This document shows positions 24,171 to 37,183 of a stretch of 64,000 bases of DNA, piece by piece; within the stretch, counting starts at the first letter, position 1; every line of letters starts with the position of its first letter. The stretch covers positions 806,001 to 870,000 of the forward strand of contig VJWM01000044.1 in the NCBI GenBank assembly GCA_010909165.1. Reading direction: 5' to 3'. A program made the translations under genes and the position numbers. The stretch comes from Anthoceros angustus. Taxonomy: Eukaryota > Plantae > Anthocerotophyta. The notes below the pieces were generated by a model that was given only the letters and a program-made list of their open reading frames with translations, was not told the DNA's origin and made no database searches.

Positions 24171-27100
24171 ATGAAGATGAGCTAAGTGGTCAAGAAACTT
24201 AGCACTTTCCAAAAGTTTAGCATTTTCTTAAGTCAACCCAAAGTTATCACTCCATAAAATAAGGATGAACAATAGTTTTCCTATTTACCTAACCAAAATA
24301 TTTTACAAAAGTAAAACTAGGTGATCATTTATTTGCCTACTAGGTACATAGATAGGTAATTTATTAGGTCATTATTTTTATTTGTTTCGTAATATATATA
24401 GGTCTATACATAGAAGGCAAAGATCATTATAGAGAATGCAAAGATCATATTTTTTGGAACAACTGTTCATCCGTAGCCTCTATGTAGAACTTCCCTTGGT
24501 ACTTCCCCATCTCCGCATAAGTGTGAAAGCAAATACATGTCGCAATGCCTCCAATAACTCCTTTAGTGACGCTGATTGCTCTTCAACTCAACGCCTAATA
24601 ACCACTCATGTGTCAGGCGGATGGCTTGCACTGCTAACCATGTTTAATTAACACTAATCAATACTTAATTAACATAAACGCTTTAGATTAATTAACATAA
24701 ACCCAAGTGCAGATATTAGTGTCACACGGCATGACAGATCCGAGTTTGAGCAAGGTGTCAGAAAATATCACAAAGTTGCTATAAATCTCAATTTTGTCAA
24801 TTCCAAGGTGACCTGAAATTGGGGAGTCATGGAAGTCATGAAGGATGGAAATCTTCAGCTCTTTCAAGTGCGCTGGTATCATGAGTCGCCCTTTCTGGTA
24901 TATACACGCATCCTTGAGAGTATATGTTTGAGTGAGAGCTGAACACCCGTGCGCACCGCCAAGTAATTGAGAATAGAGAGAGAGCGGTCTCAGAGGGATT
25001 GAATCAACTAACTGGATAATTTCGAATGGGTGGTGAGGATGGGACAGCACGTCTGGCCGAGGGCATCTGCCACCACATTGGAAGGGCCTGCCACATACTT
25101 GATCTCGACGTTAAAGTCTGCGAGGTACTCCGCCCACCTGCGCTGCCTGGCATTGAGATTCGGTTGTGAGAAGAAATGTTGCCGTGAATGATGGTCTGTG
25201 TAGCATATCACCTGTTGCCCGAGGAGGTAGTGTCTCCATACTTTCAGGGCATGTGTGATTGCTAACATTTCGTCATGGATGTGACGTTTGTGCCCTTGCC
25301 GGATTCATACGCAATAGCCTGTTGTCCTGTGACAATACTGCACCCATGGCATAGTCTGACGCATCTGTATGTATTGTGTACGGCTTGTGGATCCGCACGG
25401 TATCACGAGGGCCTCGCTTTCAAGGTGTCGGCTACCACCGCCTCCCCGGCCGAGTTGTAAGGGTTGGCCAGATCAAGCGGCCGTCAGAGGTACCGCCACC
25501 TTGTCAAGCCTCGATGAAACGGCGGTAAAACCGCCATACCAAGGAAACCGCGCAGCTGGGTGAGATCTTGAGGTAATGGCCACTCCGAAATTGCCTTGAT
25601 TTTCCTGGGATCCACACTTAATGCCAGTTGCGCTGATGATGTGTCCGAGGTATTCACATTCGGACCTCATGAATACGCACTTGCTCCTCTTGGCTTTGAG
25701 TTGGTGGGTGCGCAACAGTTCCAGTATCCGTTTAACCAGCTGGTGGTGTGTACCAGGGTCTGGAGTGTAGATGAGAATGTCATCTAAGAAGACCTCGACG
25801 CCATGTCCTAACAGGGGTCTAAGAATCTCCTGCATAAGGCACTGGAAAGTGGCCGGGGCATTGGTGAGGCCGAACATCACCACCGAACTCAAAATGGCCA
25901 TGGCGAGTTCGGAATGCAGTCTTGTATTCATCCCCATCCTTGATGCGGATCTGGTGGAAACCAGACCGCAAGTCAATCTTGGTGAATAGCTAGGCCCCAT
26001 GGAGCAGATCCAGGATTTCGTCTATCCTGGGCATCTCGTAAACATTGCGGATGGTGGCCCTGTTAAGGGCCCTGTAATCGATACAGAGTCTCCATCCTCC
26101 ATCCGGTTTGGCCACAAGGAGAACTGGTGCCCCGAATGGAGACACAGAGGGTCGGACAAACCCCTTCTGCAGGAACTCGTCCACCTGCTTTTTGATTTCA
26201 TCATTTTCTGCTGATGAAGTGCGGTAGGGTTGGATGCTCACTAGTTTGTGTCCTGGTAGCAAGTCAATAGAGTGGTCCATTGTTCGGCGTGGAGGAAGTG
26301 CAGTAGGTTCAGCGAAGACATCAGCATATTCCTCCAAGAGGGCCTTAAAGGTGGAGGGTAGCCGGTCGTCATGTGCTTTGGCCTCTACGGCCCTGGACTC
26401 AGGGGTTCCCTCCAAGGGCAACACTCTCTTCAACTTTGCTACGTACACGAACCTGCCCATGGCAGTAGCTTTATTGAAAGCGCATACAAACAAAATGCTT
26501 ATCGTGTATCGCCTCCTTCATGATGTACTGCCTAGTTACAAGTGTCACTACGTTATTCCGCCAGTCCACCTCTAACGCAGCTGAGTGTTTGGCTAGCCAC
26601 GGCTTCCCAATGATAAGATCATGACACAAGGAGGGCATCACCATCAACTTGAGCACTTCCTTGTATCCGCTTGGAAAGGTAACTTCTGCCTCCGCCCACT
26701 GCTCCTTGCCAGTGTCTCTTCCACCCCCGTGATCGGAATGTCGACCGACTCGGACCGCTTCTCCGCTTTAGCCACGTAGTGATGACTAGCACCGGAGTCC
26801 AGCAGGCCAGTACCTCGAGTACCCTCCAGCCCGACCTCGAACTTGATAGGAACATGCTCCAGATGGCAGGAAGCCACACTCTGTTTACAACCGCCACACC
26901 CCTGGTACGTTATCGCGGCTGCCGATGTTGGCTCATTCACCTCTGTCAACGTGATTGAGTGGTTGGTTCTTGCAGGTGTCGCGGCAGGGGGGCTTCCTCG
27001 GGTTGTCTTGCCTCCTTCAACCATGTGATGAAGTCCCGTCGAAGGGACAAATGAGCCGTGATCCAAGCCTCAGTGAAGCACATTCTTTGCTTTTTATTCC

Positions 27101-30100
27101 ACCTTCTCCGCCTACCAAGATTTTGAAAGGTGTTTCTTTTCGGATGCGTTAGCTGACTTACCCCACTTTGGCTTGGAGGGGCCTCCTGCCGCCAAGTGCT
27201 TGTATTTGTTTGTGCCATAGTTGACAGCAGCGCGCATAGCCTCCCCCAGGGTGTTGGGGTTGGTCTGGTTGACATCAGCACGCATCTCAAACTTCAAGCC
27301 ATCGATAAATTTCTCGACCTTCTGCTCCTCGTCGAGTCTCGGCATATCAAGGGTGAGTTGGAGGAATTTGTCGCAGTATTCCTGCACAGTGCCCTGTTGG
27401 AAAATCTTCCGGAATTGATGGTACAGTTCTTTCCTGTGATTGACAGGCAAGAACTACTCCAGGAAGAGTTGTCGGAACACTGCCCACGAATATCAGGTGA
27501 TTCCATACCAAGATCAACCTGTTTCTCCCGCTGCCTCCACCAGCGATAGGCATACCCGTCTAACGACATCACACAAAACTGGATTTTCTGGAGGTCGTCC
27601 TTCTCGCCCGCAGCAAGGTACTTATCCATTTTGTCAAGCTAGTCGTGCACGCTCTGGGCGTCCTTGACTTGGCCGTCGAACGTGGATGTCTTGATTTTTC
27701 GCTGGAGCTCTCGGTCCAACTGGGGCTTGGGCTTGAACATCTGCTCTTCTCCTTCAAGTGAATCTCCACTCGCTTTACCTCTTTGCCGCTCCCAATGCTC
27801 GACGATCGCTTGTAGCCTTTTGACCATTGCCTTGATATCTTTGTTCTCCTTCTCCATGGGTGTCACCAATTGCGTAGTCGCTTCAACTCTTCTTCTTCGA
27901 CGCCACCACGCGGGAGGTATTGGTGAGGCTCTCCCACTCCTCTTGTCTCCCTGCTTTGAGCGCTGTCATGGGTGGTAGGTCCGAGAGTTGGGTACCTTCT
28001 AGCCGGATGGGTGGGTGGGAGGTAGGATCGCCCAAGGACCGGAGCACTCCGCCCGATTGCCTCTCCAAAGTAGCCTCCTCCCCACTTGCGCTTCAACCCG
28101 GCCAACGATTTATTCCACCTTTCCTACCGGGTCCTGCGATGTGGCGCCAACTCTTCAGTGCGTTCCACACTTGCGGTCCGGCTTCAACCTGGTGGAGTCC
28201 GCCTTTCGCCTACCGACCGACCCTCTTGCATGTTTGCGTCGTGATCCGGTGGGCGCCTGCTTCCTTGGTCCCTCTTCCGACCACGGCTCGCGTAGTCCGC
28301 CGCTCCGTGTCTCGCCTCCCGCACCTCACGGTGGCTGCAAGCTCGCTGCTCGCTCCCGCAGCCGCAACCCACCGGTAGTTCTTGGCGCCTTCCTCCTCGG
28401 CCTCACCCTCAGTGCTCCGCCCGCAGATGGGTGTGCGAGGATGCGCCATATCGCCGCTTGTCTCGGCATATCAAGGGTGAGTTGGAGGAATTTGTCGCAG
28501 ATATTCAGTGCCCTGTTGGAAAATCTTCCGGAATTGATGGTACAGTTCTTTCCGTGATTGTGACACGCAAGAACCTCGGAAGAGTTGTCAACACGCCGCG
28601 AATATCTGGTGATTCCATACCAAGATCAACTGTTTCTCCGCCTCCCATAGGCATACCCGTCTAACGACATCACACAAAGCTGGATTTTACGGAGGTCGTC
28701 CTTCTCGACAAGTACTTATCCATTTTGTCAAGCTCGTGACGCCTCGGGCGTCCTTGACTTGGCCGTCGAACGTGGATGTCTTGATTTTTCGCTGGAGCTC
28801 TCGGTCCAACTGGGGCTTGGGCTTGAACATCTGCTCTTCTCCTTCAAGTGAATCTCCATTCGCTTTACCTCTTTGCCGTTCCCAATGCTTGTATCGCATC
28901 AGTTGTAGCCTTTTGACCATTGCCTTGATATCTTTGTTCTCCTTCTCCATGGGTGTCAGTTCAATTGCGAGTCGTTTCAACTCTTCTTCTTCGACGCTCA
29001 GCTCACGGTCTGCTGGGAGGTATTGGTGAGGCTCTCCCCACTCCTCTTGTCTCCCTGCTTTGAGCGTTGCCTGCGACAGGTGGTAGGTCCGAGAGTTGGG
29101 TACCTTCTAGCTGGGGAGCCGGTGGGCTGGGTGTGGGAGGTAGGGACTGCTCCAAGGACTGGAGCACTCCGCCCAGTTGCCTCTCCAGGCGAGCCTGTCC
29201 CTCCCCCACTTGCGTTTCAACCCGGGCCAACGACGATTCCACCTTTCCCAGCTGCTGGTCCTGTCGCGACAGGGCGTTGCGCAACTCTTCACAGGTGCGT
29301 TCCACACTTGCGGTCCGGCTTTCAATTGCGGGAGTTCCCTGCAACCGCCTGTCACGCCCGCGACCCCTCTTGCATGTTTGCGTCGTGATCCGATGTGGGC
29401 GCCTCGTTTCCTTGGTCGTCCCTCTTAGGACCACGGGCTCGTGGCGTAGTCACGCTCCGTGTCTGCTGCCGTCCTCATCGGTGGCGGGCAAGCCTGCGCC
29501 TGCTCCCGATCAACCACCGGTAGTTCTTGGCGCCTTCCCTCTGTGTCCTCAACAGAGCTCCGTCCCGGAGATGGGTGTGCGGGATGCGCTCATCGCTGCC
29601 TTGTCCTCGGCGCGATCGGCCGTGTTCTGCACGGCGCGCAATCCTCTTCACTACCGCTGGAAATGGTGCGCAAGATACCCCGGGACGGCAGGTAATCGCT
29701 CATGGTTCACGATTTCTCCGATTTTCCTTGGCAGATTCGTTGATTGTGGCTCCCGGAGACCGTCTCACACCTTCCCGTACTGATTCGCCGTGTCACCGGT
29801 GTCAGGAAGCTGGAGATGAATCCCTGGGCAGCCTGGTCCTCAAAGCCGTGGAGAAATTGTTGGGAGAGTTCACCAATCCAAAGGGTAAGAGCCCCGATTT
29901 TGTGATTGCTCCTTGACTTGGCCGAACGTGGATGTCTTGATTTTTCATTGGAGCTCTCGGTCCAACGGGCTTGGGCTTGAACATCCGCTTCTCCTTCAAG
30001 TGAATCTCCACCGCTTTACCTCTTTGCCGCTCCCAATGCTCGTATCGCATCGCTTGTAGCCTTTTGACCATTGCCTTGATATCTTTGTTCTCCTTCTCCA

Positions 30101-31126
30101 TGGGTGTCCTCAATTGCGTAGTCGCTTCAACTCTTCTTCTTCGACGCCACACGGCCGCCGGGAGGTATTGGTGAGGCTCTCCCACTCCTCTTGTCTCCCC
30201 GCTTTGAGCGCTGCGACTGTGGTAGGTCCGGCGAGAGTTGGGTACCTTCTAGCCGGGAGCCGGTGGGTGGGTGGGAGGTAGGATCGCCCAAGGACCGAGC
30301 ACTCCGCCCAGCCTCTCCAGCGAGCTCTCCCTCCCCACTTTTCAACCCGCCAACGACGATTCCACCTTTCCTACCGCCGTCCTGCTGGCTGTGGCGCTAT
30401 GCAACTCTTCACGCGTTCCACACTTGCGGTCCGGCTTTCAACTGCTGGAGTTGTCCGCCACGCCGTTCGCCTACCGACCGACTCTTGCATGTTTGCGTCG
30501 TGATCCGGTGGGCGCCTGCTTTTGGTCGCCCTCTTCCGACCACGGCTCGCCGGGCGTAGTCCGCCGCTCCGTGTCTCGCCTCGCACGCCCTCATCGGTGG
30601 CTGTGCAAGCTCGCTGCTCGCCGCACAACCCACCGGTAGTTCTTGGCGCCTTCCTCCGGGTCGCGCCTCAACAGTTCGCTCAGATGGGTGCGGATGCGCC
30701 ATATCGCCGCTTGTCCTCGGCGCACGTCTGCAGCCCGCCGCGCAATCCTCTTCACTACCGGAAATGGTGCGCAAGATACGGGTGTAATCGCTCATGGTTC
30801 ACGATTTCTCCGATTTTCCTTGGCGATTCGTTGATTGTGGCTCCGAGACCGCCTCACACCTTCCCATCGATTCGCCGTGTCACCGCCGTCGAAGCCGGAG
30901 ATGAAAGGCAGCCGGTCCTCAAAGCCGTGGAGAAATTGAGAGTTCACCAATCCAAAGGGTAAGAGCCCGATTTTGTGATTGCTCCTGACTTCTCCTTTGG
31001 CTTGCCTGATGTCCCCTTTCCTTCACTGCGTATGATTGGTGCACCAACATGTCGGGTGGATCTTAGCCGATCTACACGCTCGATCCCCGATCCAAGAATC
31101 GAGATTTCTTGGCTCGATACCAAAGA

Positions 31127-31421
31127 TGCAAAGAATACGGATGTTAGTCATGCATCAGTATCGCGAGTTCCTCGCATAGGACGGTATTATGTAGGTGGGT
31201 ACATATAGGAGCGGGCATCCTCCGTCAAGAAAGGTGCCCGCGCCAAGATTATTCTGCTTGGCACACTAGATTAGTCTAACCTATGGTTTAAGGTGGTTAG
31301 TTCCGGGTTAGGATTGAAATATTACTACTATCCTAGTTTACCTATTTATCGCCTAATTACCTGGTTAATTTACCCGTAAATCGGATATGGATAAGGTATT
31401 TCTATGTGCACATATGTCTCA
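31127..31421 (-). repeat. Gypsy 5' LTR (right boundary approximate)
   Basis: Next to the PBS, TG...CA ends, homologous to 63711-64000. Confidence 0.65.
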
Positions 31422-32093
31422 ATTGCCTCGTGGGGTTTCCGCGCCATGCTTGCGGTGGCTAGCTTCACAACCATGTGTCTTCAGGCCGATGGACGTGAGG
31501 GCCGGCTGCCTCTCTGTCTCAATATTTTTGCGGAACACTGGTTCATCCGTGGTCAGTTCTATGTAGAACTTCCCCTTGGTGTACTTCCCCATCTCCACAA
31601 GTGTGAAAGCAAATACATGTCGCAATCCCTCCAATAACTCCTTTAGCTGACGCCGTTGATTGCTCTTCAACTCAACGCCTAATAACCATTCATGTGGCTG
31701 TGGCCCGGATGGCTTGCACTCTTGCTAACCATGTTTAATTAACACTAATCAATACTTAATTAACATAAACGCTTTAGATTAATTAACATAAACCCAAGTG
31801 CAGATATTAGTGTTACACGGCATGACAGATCCGAGTTTGAGCAAGGTGTCAGAAAATATCACAAAGTTGCTATAAATCTCACCGACTCTGAAGGAAATGT
31901 GAAGACTTTATAAAAAGAACGAGATGGGAAATCCCATCTACCCCGAGACGAAAGGGGACAACCCACGATGGGGCACCGGGCCAGGGGGGCGTGCCCCCGC
32001 ACTAATCTACCCTATAACCCCCAACCACCCCTGAGATGTCGCCGTTCGAGATAGGGAAGGGCTTACTTACCACTGGTGCTGCCGATGCCACGT

Positions 32094-32480
32094 CTAGCAC
32101 TCATAATCCTCTAAAGATGGCGCTGGCCAACGCCCTTTGGAGGGTGATGGAAACTCGTTGCCTGAAATAAGCCACGACATTGGAAAGGGGAGGCCAACCC
32201 CGCCCCTGTCTTTGTGGTAGGCCCTTGCGCACTCATTGATGAAACGAGAAAAAACCTTACCTAAGGCCCCATGGGTTTCAATGATAAGGGGGATGAAAAT
32301 GTGACCTTGCTGCATGGGCCTGTACTTGTAAAATTTCTTAGTTGCGCTCCCTTCTGCCGCCCAACCTAGAGGGTTAATGATGATATGGTCGCTAACAGAA
32401 TCTCTGATTCGGTTAGTGACAATCACGTCCGCAACTGAGACCCCGTCCCCCCGCGTCCAGAAAAGGTCAGCTCTGATAGA
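32094..32480 (-). mobile_element. Non-LTR retrotransposon 3' fragment, restriction-like endonuclease (CRE/R2-type)
   Basis: IRADLFW...VADVIVTN...AAEGSATKKFYKY...FIPLIIETHGALG matches the RLE pattern R(P)D...D...K..KY...F.P...ET.G. Confidence 0.65.
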
Positions 32481-33142
32481 GACGCCATTGAGCAGAGTAA
32501 ACTACCGCTCCTTGAAAGGGGAGAAACTGCTCTCCTCGGCCATCGAGAACATGATGTCGTTTGATGCTCTCCTCGGCCATCGAGAACATGACGTCTCGAA
32601 CGGCATTGTATGTAACAAAACGACGCCATTGAGCAGAGTAAACTACCGCTCCTTGAAAGGGGAGAAACTGCTCTCCTCGGCCATCGAGAACATGACGTCT
32701 CGAACGACATCGTATGTAACAAGACGATGTCCCCCCATTGGACAACGCACTAAGTAGGTCCAGAGTCATCGATGAAGGCCCCACAGCAGCATGCCAGAAG
32801 AGAACAAGCTAGTGGTTGGACCAGACCCGGGCAGAAACCTGCCCATGGCGGGGCACCGGGACAAGGGGAGCGTGCCCCGCACTAATCTACTCTATAACCC
32901 AAGCGACAATGCTGAAAGGAAACCCAAGCTTTCCTATGAAGGAAAGCCACAATGCATAAAGGAACCTTGAAGAAGGGGGGTCAAGGACGGGTCCCGACTA
33001 GTGTTTTCAATCAAACGTGTGGTTGAGAGAATTCAATATTGTTCCGACTGCGGTATTCTGCGCACTCGAGTGTCATCACCACCATGGCCACCGCGGCCAG
33101 GCATTTGCAGCACTTGCAGCGTTTGCAGCTGCAAGGGCAACC

Positions 33143-35232
33143 ATGGACCCGGACGAGGCCAAAGCGACAAGCACCTTCAATCCAGTGGGCTGGGAGAGCC
33201 TGCAAGATGGCATGGTTGGCTCCAATGACGACAAAACCATGACCGCAGACGGATCCATCGACCTCCGAGGCCGCCCCATAAGCAAGCTCAAGACCGGCGG
33301 ATGGAAGGCCTGCTTCTACATTTTCGGTACCCCACGGCAGGCACAGTTTTATGCAATCTGTGATTGATTGCATGTAAGATTAGAATTGCTTCCTTCCTTG
33401 CCAGTTTCCGCAAGCAATGCAACATGATTCCTGCTTGCCAACGCTCGCCTTCCATTCCCAATCGCGCTGCACGCAGGGCAGGAGACAGCGGAAAGGATTG
33501 CGTACTACGGCATCAGCTCCAACCTGGTGACGTATCTCACGACTGAGCTGCGGGAGGGACTGGCTACCGCGGCCAAGAACGTGAACAACTGGAATGGAAG
33601 CGTCTTCTTGTTCCCGATCCTGGGAGCGGTTGTGGCCGACTCGTTCCTCGGCCGCTACTGGACCATCGTCATCTTCTCCCTCGTCTACGCGCTGGTAAGC
33701 TCAAGCCCTTCCTGCTCCACCTGAGATGCCATTCGCAGCAGCTAGGGCATAACATGAACGACATCCATGGCTGAGCTCGAGCTTGTCCGACCTCTTTGTA
33801 GGCCGCCTTGATGCTCACGGCAGCCGTGTCGCTGCGGAGCCTGAGGCCCCCGCCATGCACCGCAAGCTCTTGCAAGGCGGCATCGCGGGGGCAGGTGGCC
33901 GCCTTCTACTTCGCGCTCTACCTGATGGCGGTCGGCAACGGGGGAATGAAGCCGTGCCTGTCGGCCCTTGGAGCAGACCAGTTCGACGAGGAGGACGAGC
34001 GGGAGCGGAAACAGAAGCTCTCCTTCTTCAACTTCTGGTACGTAGCCATAGCCATAGGCATCCTCTTCGCCGTCACCGTGGTGGTGTACATTCAGGACAA
34101 CGTCGGGTGGGGATGGGGTTACGGGATCCCTACGATGGCTTTGGCTCTAGGCGCGCTCGTCTTCCTCCTCGGCACGCCGTGCTACAGGCACAAGCGGCCG
34201 CTTGGGACGCCGCTGTTGCAGTTTTTCCATGTCTTTGTCGCCGCAGCTCGTTCCCGGCCGCGGCCATCCGCAGACCTCTACGAGCACCCGCCGCAGCACT
34301 ACCACAAGACGGGCAGGAGGCAAGTCTTGCATACCGACACTCTCCGCTTCCTGGACAGAGCGGCGGCCCGGAGCAGCCCTTGGGAAGAAGGCTCGGAGAA
34401 GAATCCATGGCGGCTGTGCACGGTGACGCAGGTGGAGGAGGTGAAGGTGTTCCTGCGCGTGGTGCCGATCTGGTGCACCAGCCTCATGTTCTCGGTGGTG
34501 TACGCCCAGGGCTCCACCCTCTTCGTGAAGCAGGCGGCCACAATGGACGCGCGGCTGGGGCCGGGGTTCACCATCCCCCCGGCCTCCTTCGCGATCTTCT
34601 CGGTGCTGCCCTACCTGGTCGTCACGGTGGCGTATGACAGGCTTATGGTGCCGATTCTAAGGAGGTGGACGGGGCATCCGCGTGGAGTTCCGATCGTGGT
34701 GAAGATGGGGGTCGGGATGGCGTTCTCCATCCTGGCCATGGTGGCTGCTGCGGTCACGGAGGAGAAGCGACTGCGGGTGGCCAGGAGCACCGAGCCCGGG
34801 CGGGAGCTCCCTTTCGTCCCCATGTCCGTCTTCTGGCTGCTGCCGCAGTACGTGATCATGAGCTTCGCGGACTCCTTTGCCATCATCGGGCAGATGGAGT
34901 TCTTCTACCAGGAGGCCCCGGACCACATGAAGAGCGTGGGCACCGCGCTGACGTTGGCCTTGACGGGACTGGGGAGCTTCCTGAGCAGCGCGCTCGTCTC
35001 CATCACCAACAGCGTGTCAGGCCGGCACGGCAGGCCGTGGATTGGCGATACCATTGACAATTCCAGGGTGGACCGCTTCTACTGGACCCTCGCCGTGCTC
35101 AGTGGGATCAACCTAGCTGCCTACGCCTACTTCGCCGCCACCTACACTTCCAGAACCACGCAAAGCGCTGCTCCTGCTCATGAACCTGAACCCGCTACAG
35201 CCGTCTTGGAACTGGCAGTGGCCACACCATGA
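33143..35232 (+). CDS. NRT1/PTR family (NPF) nitrate/peptide transporter; exons 33143-33326, 33477-33694, 33802-35232
   Basis: KTGGWKACFYIF; ETAERIAYYG (ExxER motif); GAVVADSFLGRYWTI; GNGGMKPCLSALGADQFDE; WRLCTVTQVEEVK; WLLPQY; EFFYQEAPDHMKS; DRFYW. Confidence 0.95.
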
Positions 35233-36349
35233 CGATCCCACTAGCCCTCGGGTGCCTGCCCGCCTAGGGTTCGAAGCTGTCTATGCCAGTTGATCTACAT
35301 GGGCTGGGGTGGGTCTTCCCCGTAACTCTAGCCCACCGTAGCATGCACGACCTGAAGAAATGGAGCCTTCCAAGGTCCTCGCATTCGAGCGTACTGTCCC
35401 GATGGATGCACGGCCTTCCCGAAATGTAGCTCGTGCTCTTGTGCATGGTCCCAACCCGGTGACAAGACCAGAGCGAAGGCGCTGAAACGAGGCGAAGGTC
35501 GAATTCATGGTGAGCTTACTAGCCATTCAGGAACACGACCCACGCTCCAGTTTGTGGTGAATGATTTTGGGCCAGCTGGTGTCCCGTACGCGTGATGTCA
35601 CAGTGGTTACAGCGGCCGGTGATACTAAACGGGAATTCCAACGTATATAGACTAGTTAGGCTAACGGATAATCCTACATAGCCTGAAGGACTCGAAAGAG
35701 GCAAGAACGTTGGGGCCCGATCACATTTTGGCCACCCATTCTCCAATTCGGAGAGCACAAGAATTCCCCGTTTTCAGCTCGAAAGTACTTTGTTAGTTGG
35801 CACCTACAAGAGGCACCAGGGCCATTTGCTGCCTTGTTGAGACATGAACAGAAGTATTCAAAAGATAACTTTACTCGCTGGCCAGAAGAAGATTAAGAAG
35901 ATCTATCTTTTGAATCTAATAATAGATTCAAAAGATAACTTTGAATCTATTATTAAAGGACGCGGGTGCTTCTCTGGCATATCGGGATGCAATTGATGGC
36001 TAGGGAGTGGGGTTTACATGCTTTTGGGAAATGGGTTCCATTACATTGTCTGAACATGATTTTTGTGAGTGTTTACATATTGTTGACCCCTTGAGTGTGA
36101 TAATATGGCCTCTTCCTTTTAGGCCTTTTATAAAGCTCAGTAGAGAAAATTGCGCTTTGCACAGGCCTTCTTTTACCGTTCTTTTAGCTCATGAAAGAAA
36201 TTTGCTCTCCAAACATGAAAATATAAAAGTAGTTTAATTATTTCAGTGAACCCGCGTATGGGGAGAAAATTAAGCTTTGAACATGCCTTCCCTTACCGTC
36301 CTTTTAGCTCACAAGAGAAATTTGTATTCCAAACATGAAAATATTAAAG

Positions 36350-37180
36350 TAGTTCAATTATTTTCGTGAACCTTCGTCTAGGCAGGTCTCCGAATCGTCC
36401 ATAAAGTAAAACTAGAACTACAAATTTATTCTCCTTGCCAAGAATTGAATCCGAATCTAGGCCAGTCTCCAACTCTAGGCTAGTCTTCGGGTCGCGAACG
36501 TCCACAAAGTAACAGTAGAATTTCCAAATTATTCTCGTTTCCAGGAATCGAATCCGAGTCTAGACCAGTTAGTCTCCAGCTCTAGGCTGCTCTCCGGGTT
36601 AGGATGATTCTCGTTAAGGAATCGAATCCGGGTCTAAGCCGGTTAGTCTCCAGCTCTACGCTGCTCTCCTGGTCTGGATGATCCTCGTTGCCGGGAATCG
36701 AATCCGGGTCTAGGCCGGTTAGTCTTTAGCTCTAGGCTGCTCTCCGGGTCGTGATCATCCAGAAAGTAATCGTAGAACTTCAAAAAAATTATTTTTGTAG
36801 CCAGGAATCGAACCAGGGTCTAGGTTGGACAGTCTCGAGCTCTAGGCAGGTCTCTAGGTTGTGATCGTCCACAAATTAACACGAGAACTTTAAAATTATT
36901 CTCATTGCCGGGAATCCAACTCGAGTCTAGGTCGAACTTCGGGTCGTGATCGTCCATAAAGTAACAGTAGAACTTCAACTTCAATATTTTTCGTCACGGG
37001 AATCGAATACGGGTCTAGGCACAGTCCCGAGCTTTAGGCTGGTCTCCGAGTCATGATGTCCATAAAGTAATAGTAAAACTTCAAAATTATTCTCGTCGCC
37101 GAGAATCGAACCCCGGTCTAGGCCGGACTCCGGGTTGTGGATGATCCGAACCTACGTACTTAAACCACCATACTACAACA
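36350..37180 (-). repeat. Tandem array of degenerate tRNA-like units (left block)
   Basis: Repeated ttattctcgttgccgggaatcgaa(t/c)ccgggtctagg (rc contains the B box GGTTCGATTCC). Nearly complete unit at 37092-37180. Confidence 0.8.
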
Positions 37181-37183
37181 AAA

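Larger units (their letters stand above)
23060..31421 (-). mobile_element. Ty3/Gypsy LTR retrotransposon, 3'-truncated in integrase, with internal tandem duplications
   Basis: Gag (QQGTVQEYCDKF...KFIDGLK), protease [32 protein letters not shown] and FLDDILIY, RNase H TDASDYAMGAVLSQ, integrase start HDSPISGHLG. PBS-like rc TGGTATCGAGCC at 31111-31122. Confidence 0.9.

Noticed and set aside
27863-31000. Numerous plus-strand ORFs (e.g. 29067-29783)
   Set aside because: Antisense shadows of the triplicated Gypsy gag/leader region.
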